A program made the translations under genes and the position numbers. From positions 186,001 to 218,605 of the forward strand of contig JALGPX010000008.1 of assembly GCA_023515795.1 (NCBI GenBank): a stretch of 32,605 nt of DNA. The letters run 5' to 3'. Origin of the DNA: Amoeboaphelidium occidentale (Eukaryota). Below are positions 9,561-18,780 of the stretch, piece after piece; position 1 is the stretch's first letter, and the number at the start of each line of letters is the position of its first letter. The notes under the pieces are model-generated. The model was not told the DNA's origin. It saw nothing but the letters and a program-made list of their open reading frames with translations, and ran no database searches.

Positions 9561-10757
9561 GGTACCGACTTAGAGCTGGGTAAGATATCTCGTTGAAACT
9601 ACTTTTGGCGCATAAACGATGCGCTAATGCTGTTAAGCTGAAACTCTGCAATTAAGTTTTTTAAGAGATTCTATTGTGATATTCGTGCTTGTTATGTCAT
9701 TGTTCGCCTTAATTGTCGTTCATTCAGAACCTTTTTATCATGGACTGAAACTCAAAAGAAATGCCTAATCAGCTTGTTTCAACGTCTTTCAGCGCATTGA
9801 ATGCATCACCAGAGGAGCAACATACTGCTACGCGATGTGATCTTTGTGCGCCATAAGTAAGAACTTGCTCAATTTAGAATAATTCTCAATGGGAACTCTT
9901 TCGCATTCATCTAATCTTGAGTCTTTCGACACGATCTGCAGTGGTAGTATCCAAATCTTTCCTAGTCAAAGTTCTAAATACAATAAAGTCGTGCAATATT
10001 CTCCAAACTATCGCGACCATGTAGCAATTTCAGCAGCAGCAACAGAACTGAAAGTATGGTCTCTGTGAGATATTTTCATCTAAATCGCCAGCAGGTTTTC
10101 GTGAATATCTTCTTTCCATGTTGCTCATTGTTCTTAACAGTAAATTTACTTTTAGTATCGATTAAGCTTTGCAAACTGANCTCAATGGGAACTCTTTCGC
10201 ATTCATCTAATCTTGAGTCTTTCGACACGATCTGCAGTGGTAGTATCCAAATCTTTCCTAGTCAAAGTTCTGAACATAATTATGGAGTGCAACATTCTCC
10301 AAAGTATCGCGACCATGTAGCAATTTCAGCAGAAGCAACAGAACTGAAAGTATGGTCTCTGTGAGATATTTTCATCTAAATCGCCAGCAAGTTTTCTTGA
10401 ATATCTTCTTTCCATGTTGCTCATTGTTCTTAACAGTAAATTTACTTTTAGTATCGATTAAGCTTTGCAAACTGATAGTAAGATGCGCAAATAAGTGCGT
10501 GACAAAAGTAAAGGAGTGCGCACAAAGTAAAACTATACATAGTATGAAAGCAAAAGAGTATGAGAGTGTAACAGTAACAGTTCTAAAGACAGTCACTGCA
10601 AAAAAACGGTGCAAGCATGGCAGATGTTTTAAGGAGAAAGAGCTGCAGCCCAAAAGAGTAATGATAATCTGTAGAACATCTCAGCAGAAGGATAGATTAC
10701 GGAACAGAGCGATTTTTAGCAATATCAAGATCCAGGATTAACTGTTGGAAAAAGCTT

Positions 10758-10794
10758 GTCTTGTTTTGTCTTGATTCGTCTTGCGGCAACCATA
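10758..10794 (-). repeat. Terminal inverted repeat (10780-10794) plus three GTCTTG subterminal repeats at 10-bp spacing
   Basis: GTCTTG starts at 10758, 10768 and 10778 and runs into CTTGCGGCAACCATA. Confidence 0.75.
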
Positions 10795-10802
10795 AAGATA
10801 AC
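10795..10802 (+). repeat. Target-site duplication, right copy (AAGATAAC)
   Basis: Identical to 6538-6545 and directly abuts the right TIR. Confidence 0.82.
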
Positions 10803-10909
10803 GAATCTGATTGGGCGAATAGATGTTTCAGAATTTTGCAGGGCCCAATACGGTTGGCGGACCTTGTAACAGCGTGCAACTCTTCACGATCCTGCCTATT
10901 TTTCTTGAA

Positions 10910-11989
10910 ATGATTCTCAAAAACTTAATCTACGCCGCTTCATTAGCTTTATCAGCATTCTCAGCTCCTACTGAGTACAAAGACGTTGCTGAAACAAGCG
11001 TATCTGTCGACGAGATGGCCATTCCATCAAACAATCATCACAGTGTATATTTGGTCACCGTCTTGCACAAGGAAAACCTCTTGGAAGATGGCAAAGTTGT
11101 CGCGAAACGCTTGTCAAACGTCAGACTCGTCTTTGATGTTGAAGATGGTCAATTGATGTGCAACGGTGAAATGGTTCCTGCTGGAGTCTCGAACAAAAGA
11201 GTTGCTGCTGAAATCTTAACCGGAATCTCTCAGGATAAACGTGATCAAGCAGATTTAATCAAGCAAAAGTTTGACAAGGGCATCGTTGATATCACGTTTG
11301 AAGTCAAGGTCGCTCAAGTTTCATTAGGAATTGTAACTGTTCGTCGTTTATACATCAGCGAACACATCAGACAAGTTAATGGAAATTCAGTTCTTCAAAA
11401 GGACTATGTTCAACACGTTATGGATATTTATCCATCAGGTGAATTCAAGCTTCAACAAGTTCACGGCCATCACGAAGACAAGCATCATGAACATCACGAA
11501 AACAAGCATCACGGACACGGACATAAGCACCATGGTCATCATGAAAGTAAGCACAAGAATGCTGCTCACGCCTTGCCTGCAAATGTTCACCCTGCTGTCG
11601 CTCCTATCGATGTAGCAGTTCGTCCTCATTTGAACCATGCTGCTCTTATTCCAAAGTTTGTTTCACAATCTTCTCGCAATGGTGATAAGGGTAACTGGAT
11701 TCTCTCAGATTACATGACCATGATTTTGACCAACCTTGCTATGTGGGTTTGCGAATTGAATCCTATTATGCGTGGATTCCTCTTTGGTCTATCTGCCACT
11801 GTTGTCACATTGACAATCTTTGCATTTGTTCAACTTGTTTCTGGCGCAATGAGCAGAAAGAAGTATGAACCTGTTCAGGTTGATTTTGAACAACAAATGT
11901 GGAAGCCAACAGCGGATAAGGACAAGTTTTACAAGCGTGGAAACGAGTCTGCTGTTTCATCCGTTAATTTGCTAACTCAACAGGAATAA
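10910..11989 (+). CDS. Signal-peptide membrane protein with a His-rich tract, function unknown
   Basis: MILKNLIYAASLALSAFSA signal-like start at 10910 (an upstream in-frame ATG is at 10823), HGHHEDKHHEHHENKHHGHGHKHHGHH tract, C-terminal hydrophobic segment and short tail; AATAAA overlaps the stop. Confidence 0.75.
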   Translation: MILKNLIYAASLALSAFSAPTEYKDVAETSVSVDEMAIPSNNHHSVYLVTVLHKENLLEDGKVVAKRLSNVRLVFDVEDGQLMCNGEMVPAGVSNKRVAAEILTGISQDKRDQADLIKQKFDKGIVDITFEVKVAQVSLGIVTVRRLYISEHIRQVNGNSVLQKDYVQHVMDIYPSGEFKLQQVHGHHEDKHHEHHENKHHGHGHKHHGHHESKHKNAAHALPANVHPAVAPIDVAVRPHLNHAALIPKFVSQSSRNGDKGNWILSDYMTMILTNLAMWVCELNPIMRGFLFGLSATVVTLTIFAFVQLVSGAMSRKKYEPVQVDFEQQMWKPTADKDKFYKRGNESAVSSVNLLTQQE

Positions 11990-12022
11990 ATAATTAATCT
12001 CGATATGTTCTTTATTGAGCTT

Positions 12023-13492
12023 TCACCCTCTTCGCGCAGCTCCGTCGCCAACATCGGGTGTCATTCTTCGCATTTCGTTAATAGCTCTCATTCGAGTTGT
12101 TTCAATATTGCGCGCTAAAGCAATCCACAAACCAGTATCTTCAGCGAAAAACGTCCAGGTTGGCGTTGTGAATAAATGCGGTACAAACATTTCGGTGCTA
12201 TGGTTTCCGTTCTCATCCTTAATAGATTTCCTTATTAAACCAGTCACATCATAAGTCTTTGGATACATCCAATATGAAATAAAACTGTAAACCATAATAT
12301 TGAACATTTCTATAAACAGCACATGAAACCATGATTCTGTTGTGTATAAATACGGCCGAATGAATAGCAGCAGTGTTGGTAATATAATTGTGATGGGGAC
12401 GATATTTCTGACATTCACTAGAACATTATAACGATGATATAGACATATAGAGTTCAATGCGCCAACCTTGTCTATATCACCTTCTTGCATCGCAGTTCTT
12501 TGCCGAAGCCTAACTGTTGTAGCATAAGCAGCGATATTCAGTACAAACGAAATAATTATTCGAAAGAACTCCATTCCAAGCTGTAACATAGTCTGCGCAA
12601 AGAGGTCACCAAAAAAGAATTGTTGTATAAAACCCAACAAGAAGTACAAAGTGATCACGCCAAACAAAGATCCCTGTTCTCTAAGTGCAATAGATCTTTC
12701 GGTTATAGTCCATCCCAAACCAAAGGCGCAACCAACATAGTAGAATATACACTGTGCACTCAGCCCGAAAATGTTCGCAACTTGGTAAAGAGCAGTAGTG
12801 TCCGAGCCCAGTTGTTCTCTGACCCAATAATACGCATAGTAAAATCCATAAGACAAGAAATTCAAGAGAATAAGAGCAAACATCATCCATGGAATAGGAA
12901 ACCTTTTCATTAACGGATTATTCATTATCATGGAGTAACTGACAAGTAACAGCCCATAAGCTCCAAACAGATACATGTTGATGATGTACAAGTTTGCATC
13001 CTCCAAGGTAAAAGACTGAGCTATGAACTGCTCGTAGAATACTTTACCAACATAAGTAACATCATTCTTGTCTCCTGTTGGAGGAACCCACATATAGAAG
13101 TAATAGAACCCTGTAAAATCAATAGCTGTTTCCACGAATATAGACTTCTTGAACTCATATCTCCTGTAAGAAGGCCAATTGTATCTTGCTTGAGCACTTG
13201 CGCTTGTTATCGCAGCGTACTGAGCTCTTGTGTATATCGTCAAATACTTTACATCATCAGTATTCAAATCCAAGGAGAAGTTCAAATAAGTGTTTCCAAT
13301 TATGGATATAGCTGGTGTAAGTTGAACCGGGACAAAAGCTAGAGCTGTTTGAGGTGGTTGACCTTGCTGATCTTTCATACTCCTGGAGTATTTTCCATTG
13401 ATCTCAACTGTTGGAGCAACACATACATTGGCAAGTACCAAAAGAAATACTAATAGAACACTTAACTTCGCTGATATCCCCTCTGTATACAT
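12023..13492 (-). CDS. Signal peptide, luminal domain and about 7 TM helices; GPR180/TMEM87 (GOST)-like
   Basis: 489-aa ORF with an N-terminal signal, a ~150-aa luminal part, then repeated hydrophobic segments including AFGLGWTITE. The family call is architectural only. Confidence 0.55.
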   Translation of the reverse strand: MYTEGISAKLSVLLVFLLVLANVCVAPTVEINGKYSRSMKDQQGQPPQTALAFVPVQLTPAISIIGNTYLNFSLDLNTDDVKYLTIYTRAQYAAITSASAQARYNWPSYRRYEFKKSIFVETAIDFTGFYYFYMWVPPTGDKNDVTYVGKVFYEQFIAQSFTLEDANLYIINMYLFGAYGLLLVSYSMIMNNPLMKRFPIPWMMFALILLNFLSYGFYYAYYWVREQLGSDTTALYQVANIFGLSAQCIFYYVGCAFGLGWTITERSIALREQGSLFGVITLYFLLGFIQQFFFGDLFAQTMLQLGMEFFRIIISFVLNIAAYATTVRLRQRTAMQEGDIDKVGALNSICLYHRYNVLVNVRNIVPITIILPTLLLFIRPYLYTTESWFHVLFIEMFNIMVYSFISYWMYPKTYDVTGLIRKSIKDENGNHSTEMFVPHLFTTPTWTFFAEDTGLWIALARNIETTRMRAINEMRRMTPDVGDGAARRG

Positions 13493-13649
13493 AATTTATT
13501 CGATATATCACACACTTTCAGTTTGCACAACACCTGAATTCGAAGTGTTTGCGTCANNNNNNNNNNNNNNNNNNNNNTACCAAAAGAAATACTAATAGAA
13601 CACTTAACTTCGCTGATATCCTCTCTGTATACATAATTTATTCGATATA

Positions 13650-14120
13650 TCACACACTTTCAGTTTGCACAACACCTGAATTCGAAGTGTTTGCGTCACT
13701 TTGCTCGACGGCAACCATGCCATTCGATGATACGCTCTGCTCTGCTTCAGCTTCCTTATTTTCTACAACCTGCTGCTGTTGTAAATCTTCTTCTTCATCT
13801 TCCCTCAATTGGTCAGCATAGTATTCGGGATAAGTCTGAAAGCACTTTTGCATGGCCTGGAACTGTGATATACAGTCAGACCCTTTATGCTCAGCCTCAG
13901 AGAACACAAAACACGAAAAAGCGGTCTTAAATTCCTCACCGCACGGTCCTTTAGCCATACCACCAAGGCACGGGCAATCCCAATTGATTTCGCCAGTTTC
14001 CGCATTGTAAGCTGCGCTTTGATCATTATTATCCTGAGACTGTGCCGCATTATCGACATCCTCCTTCGTTAAAAAGTAAACCTCGTCTTTGTCTCCCTCG
14101 TCCCTTCGACCGTAACTCAT
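13650..14120 (-). CDS. MIA40: Mitochondrial intermembrane-space oxidoreductase Mia40/CHCHD4
   Basis: AYNAETGEINWDCPCLGGMAKGPCGEEFKTAFSCFVFS...KGSDCISQFQAMQKCF: CPC plus twin CX9C. Confidence 0.95.
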   Translation of the reverse strand: MSYGRRDEGDKDEVYFLTKEDVDNAAQSQDNNDQSAAYNAETGEINWDCPCLGGMAKGPCGEEFKTAFSCFVFSEAEHKGSDCISQFQAMQKCFQTYPEYYADQLREDEEEDLQQQQVVENKEAEAEQSVSSNGMVAVEQSDANTSNSGVVQTESV

Positions 14121-14326
14121 TGTGCTTCCGTGATCAAGTCAAAAAAATCAATAAGACTTTGTTGCTTTGAGCTTAAAACAGATTACGACGATGATGTCAT
14201 CCATAGGTTCAGATTTATTATACGTTGAGCATTCCTTGACGTGCTTCAAAGGCTGGACACGATGCTATTTCTGGTTGATACGCAATCTTCTTTTTGAAGT
14301 GAAACCAGGGCTCATATCGTTTTGTG

Positions 14327-15252
14327 ATGGAAGTAACTTTAACGGAAGCATTTAAAGTGATTAACTCTTTAGATAACTCGAACAGATGCAAATGGTCAGC
14401 CTATTGATCCTTACAAGGCTCCAAAAGAGTATGCGGCTATAGCAGAGTATCTCAGAGGCAAAGCTAGCAAACTTCCCACGAAAGAAGCTGCGTACGATGG
14501 AAAGCGCACGGAATACTTTAAGGGAAAAAGGGCTGTAGATGCGCTATGGAAGCACTCACAGAGTGGAAAGTCTAAATTGGTTCCGTTAGAGAGCAGAGAT
14601 GAAGCAAGATTGTACATCAAAAAGCTGATGGAGAATTACAACTTCTTCTATCGGGTTAAGAAGCAGGAGCGTAGGACATTGGGGCTTGATAGTGACCAGA
14701 CTTTTACGGAGGATGCGTATTTTATTTGGCAATGGGAATCTCCTTATAAGCGAATGCAAGCGACCTTGTACTCTGTCGGCTTGATCATTTTGGTTCTTGC
14801 TGGTGTCATGTTCCCACTGTGGCCTTCATTTATGAAACAGGGTTTGTCTGTAGACTTCTGTGTAAAGTGTCTTACATGTAGGTGTGTGGTATCTGTCACT
14901 TCTTGGTATGGGATTCATTGGGTTCTTGATGGTGCTCGCTGTGGTTAGGTTCATTGGTTACATTATCACTAGCATGTTGCCTTTTACTAAGCCTGGTGTA
15001 TGGCTGTTCCCTAATCTGTTTGCAGATGTTGGTTTCATAGACAGTTTCATTCCTGTGTGGGGTTGGCACGGTGTAGATTATGAGAAAATGCATATAGAAA
15101 AGTATCGCAAGCAGAATGCAGCAAAGAGGAAGAAGAAGACGAAAGGAGATCGATCATTGTCACCAGAACGTTCTCTGGATGGGAATACGGCAAACGATTC
15201 AAATACCGCGAATGATTCTCCAGTTGACGCAGAGGAGAAGAAAGAGAAATGA
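14327..15252 (+). CDS. SEC62: Translocation protein Sec62; exons 14327-14332, 14373-14841, 14882-15252
   Basis: AIAEYLR...KRTEYFKGKRAVDAL, QTFTEDAYFIWQWE, LAGVMFPLWP, GVWYLS, PGVWLFPNLFADVGFIDSFIPVWGW. Two 40-nt GT-AG introns (14333-14372, 14842-14881) join the frames; the first micro-exon is less certain. Confidence 0.92.
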
Positions 15253-15336
15253 AAATAAAACTATTGGAAGTGTTCGAAGAATAATGATTTAATTCAAATC
15301 AAAATGTGTGACAATTATTGATTAGTTGAACAAAAT

Positions 15337-17854
15337 TTAAGTCAGCTTTTGCTTTTCCTTCTCTATCAGTAGCTGGAATAGTTTGTAATTTGGAAGACTT
15401 AGACCAGAATGCCCACTCGCCTTTGAATTTTCTGCTTTCTTCGTAATAGTCTTGAAAGCCAAAGGCCCGTCAGAGTTCACTGGACACAAGAATAAGCTTT
15501 CAAATTTATCACCAATAACTTTCCAGGCAGAGATAAGGAAATCAAAAACTGATTTTCTTGTAAGCACGTTCGAACTAGAGAGATACTTTTTAATCTGACC
15601 ACTTTGAAATAAAGGAGTTAATAGCTGTGTCTCCAGCTGGCCTTGATTCTGCTCGGCTGAGAAACGACGGTCAGCTAAAGTTGCTAAACTTCTGAAATAG
15701 ACACCAGCTTCCGCATCTCCAGGGGTTCCGGATTCAATTCTTTTAAGCAGCAAAGTTACAACAGAATCCATATCAAAATAAGCGATACATTCAACTAAGC
15801 ATTCTTTGGCGGCAGTGACTATTCCGATATCTTCACCAATATTTGTTTCACCATGACTCTCTAGCTTAAACAGCAAATCAAATAACTTTTCATAATGCGT
15901 ATTCTTGTCGAATAACTGAGGATGGAACTCTATGGAATGCTTCAAAACGAGTAAACAGTTTTCTTTTTGTGATATTGGCGCACCATCGCTCAGCAGATTT
16001 AAGTAGCAATTAAGTAGAGAATCAAAATATTGCTTGTAACATATTGCCATTTGTATAGAATACTTCAAGTTAACATCAAACGGTTTCTGAGTTTCTTCCC
16101 AAGGAGTTTCAGAAAAATTGCGAGCATATCTGTAAATTCGTCTGAATAGTTTCTCCGATAACTTTTTGTTCTGAAGACACTTGATCACTTCTTGCATCCG
16201 TAACAAACCATTCTTAGGCTCTTGTCCTTGCACGACAGCCGCTGGAGCCGGAGAGCTAAAATCAGCCAGCGTTTCATGAACAACACCTATCTGCGTTACA
16301 GTGCTTGTGTTATACTTTTGATTTCTTTTCATTGCTGGAGTGTGCTTATTAGTAACACTAGGAACAACAAAGTGCTCTTCAGTTATCATGGAAGGCTGAT
16401 ACTTGCTTTCTTGATACTTTGGCGTAGTTTTCAAAGCTGATTTCAGTGGTGTTGAAGTGAGACCTCCTAAACTGGACCTACCAGACTTTGATTCCAAGAA
16501 CGAATTGTGAGGAGAAGCAGCATTATTTGGAGTAGTTCTTCCGTCCCGAGAAGCACGATGAGAACCATCTGTATTGGAAATAAATGAAATATTCTGAGCA
16601 AAAGAAGGGGAATCAACCATATTTACAAAAGATTGATCATTGTTGTAATTTGAGAAGGATACGTCCGGTGACAGGATTTTAGGTTCAGCTACAACCTCTC
16701 CCGGTTTTACTGGAGCATCTTGCAGTCTCTTATCGTTATTGGCTGAACCGCTATCGGCAATGATGACAATTTCCGACACACTTTTTCTCTTTTCATTTGT
16801 AACTGGAGGAGCAGGAGGAGCAAAAANNNNNNNNNNNNNNNNNNNNAACCTCTCCCGGTTTTACTGGAGCATCTTGCAGTCTCTTATCGTTATTGGCTGA
16901 ACCACTATCGGCAATGATGACAATTTCCGACACACTTTTTCTCTTTTCATTTGTAACTGGAGGAGCAGGAGGAGCAAAAATTTCAATTTCCATTTCTTGA
17001 GTCGCGCTATCTTGAAATTTTGGAAACTTCTTAACATTGGCGCTGATCGCATTTCTTATGGATGGTTTTGTGTTTGCTTGAGCAGAAGCAGCGGACGACA
17101 AAGCCCTTTCGATAATCTTCTTTGTAGATATATCAAGAGAGTCAAAGAATACTTTCTCTTTCGTAGGCCACAGGTCTTTGTAGAGTTTATACAATTTCTT
17201 ACAATTATCGCGCGCTTGAGCATTCGCATCTTGTAACCCAGCCTTGACGACCTTCTCTAACAGCGCGACGTCAACATAAGACAGAAGATCATCACTAGAC
17301 GAAGCGACCTTCAGCTGAATAGACAAAAACTCAATACAACTTCCTCTAAGGACTGCACTCTTCTCTGTAAGAACCAACTCACAAAACATTTGAAACGATT
17401 TGAAGTTAAACGATGTGCTTTCCAGAAGAGTGGTCATTGTGGAGCACCCCAACTGCGATATGATCTTTTTACTCTGTTGCACCAATTTGATTATTCCTTG
17501 ACTTAGGGAGAAGGATACGAAATCCAAACGGCGCCCCAATTTGTGACACATTTCCACGATAACTTGGCATGAATTAGAAACCAAAGCAGAACGAAGGCTA
17601 TTCAGCTACAAAAGAAATGTAAAAAATCTTCTCTTTGCCTTAATAGGAAAAGGTACTGTTCTAATGAGCGCATCCTGAAATGATCGCAGGAATTGCATGA
17701 AGCTTTCGGATTCTAAACAGAAATCGGTGTTCTTGTTAACGATTTCCCGCAGCTTTGAAAGCGCCTTGTCCCTATCCGCCCAATTCTCCTCAGTTTCCTT
17801 TTCGTCTTTGAAAGTTTCCAAAATCTGTTCCAATTGTTTTGCCTCGCTCGCCAT
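15337..17854 (-). CDS. STU1: CLASP/Stu1 TOG-domain microtubule-associated protein; intron 17606-17656; split by an assembly duplication at about 16693-16980
   Basis: KETEENWADRDKAL, spliced DALIRT|LNSLRSALVSNSC, SKKIISQ, AGLQDANAQARDN...WP (CLASP_N), a Ser/Pro-rich linker, and a C-terminal HEAT region (SSSNVLTRKSVFD). Confidence 0.8.
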
Positions 17855-18032
17855 ATGATTCGCACTTTACGAAAGAAAACGGGAATGTGACGGTAATGGG
17901 AAGTTCGATAAGGATATTGGCTTCCGATTATACAATTTTGAAGTTGATCTTTAGGCGAAGGTCTGTAGATGTTGCGCATAGTTCATTTGATACCGCAACT
18001 TGGTGGCATGGCTTGTTTCATGCAGTTTTCTT

Positions 18033-18551
18033 ATGTTTGATCCTGCTGTTGTTTACTCTTCAAGGCTTGAGACACTCTATGAAAAGTACCAAAACGACTC
18101 GAAACAAGTCGCAGGGGAATATGAAACCCTGAGGCAGAGATTCCGTGAAGATAATGTGGAGTTTTACGATGGGAAAACTGTTCCGGCAATATTGGCTACA
18201 CTGAACACCTTCAACAACTTGGACAGTCTTGATCATGATGTATTACTTGACGAACTTGACAGGTATCAGAGTGACACTTATATTCATGTTAAGAAGGAAG
18301 AACAGAAAGATTTCATCAAGGCATTTGATCACATTCTTGAATTAACAAAAGGCTGCGATGGTTTCTACAGGAATCTGGTCTGGTCAAAGAAGAATTCTGA
18401 GTATCTGAAACGTAGCGGGGAAGGTAAAGAATTGATCGATTCTGCTATGGCCTCGGTTCTTAAGCACCAAGAGAATATCGCAGAGCTTGCGCGCAATCTG
18501 AAACAATATGAAAGCACGCTTGGTAGAGATTCTCTTCCAGACAAATCTTAA
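18033..18551 (+). CDS. Hypothetical helical protein (~170 aa)
   Basis: Open frame with protein-like composition and AATAAA at the stop. Start uncertain (first ATG 18033); no family recognised. Confidence 0.55.
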   Translation: MFDPAVVYSSRLETLYEKYQNDSKQVAGEYETLRQRFREDNVEFYDGKTVPAILATLNTFNNLDSLDHDVLLDELDRYQSDTYIHVKKEEQKDFIKAFDHILELTKGCDGFYRNLVWSKKNSEYLKRSGEGKELIDSAMASVLKHQENIAELARNLKQYESTLGRDSLPDKS

Positions 18552-18780
18552 TAAAGTATTTCTTTTAGAGCATGTCTAATTCCTCCGAAAGTTTACTAAA
18601 TTTGGAACGGCGCTTATGCTCGCCATTCCAACTGCCACGAGATTTGGCTGAGAAGGAGTTGAAGTNTCTTAAGCACCAAGAGAATATCGCAGAGCTTGCG
18701 CGTAATCTGAAACAATATGAAAGCACGCTTGGTAGAGATTCTCTTCCAGACAAATCTTAATAAATATTCTTGTCTCGATC

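Larger units (their letters stand above)
6546..10794. mobile_element. TIR DNA transposon, probably hAT superfamily and non-autonomous, carrying a Fanzor2 gene
   Basis: Left end TAAGGATGCCGCAAG (6546-6560) and right end CTTGCGGCAACCATA (10780-10794) are inverted repeats with 13/15 identity. They are immediately flanked by the identical 8-mer AAGATAAC (6538-6545 and 10795-10802). An 8-bp TSD with short TIRs is the hAT pattern. Removing the element leaves about 110 bp between the PARP1 stop and the next ATG (10910), normal spacing here. About 3615 bp after removing three assembly duplications. Confidence 0.82.

Noticed and set aside
8790..10750. IS607 serine recombinase or IS200 Y1 TnpA upstream of the nuclease
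   Set aside because: I found no YARVSS-like or HUH motif in the frames I read, and an 8-bp TSD with TIRs does not fit those mechanisms.
10056..10879. Track ORFs 10056-10364, 10352-10741, 10372-10653 and 10697-10879 as cargo genes
   Set aside because: Short, overlapping on both strands, partly products of the duplication, and without recognisable motifs.
14130..14326. Possible snoRNA or snRNA in the MIA40-SEC62 intergenic region
   Set aside because: No convincing C/D box pair, U3 box A or Sm-site pattern; adequately explained as a divergent promoter with UTRs.
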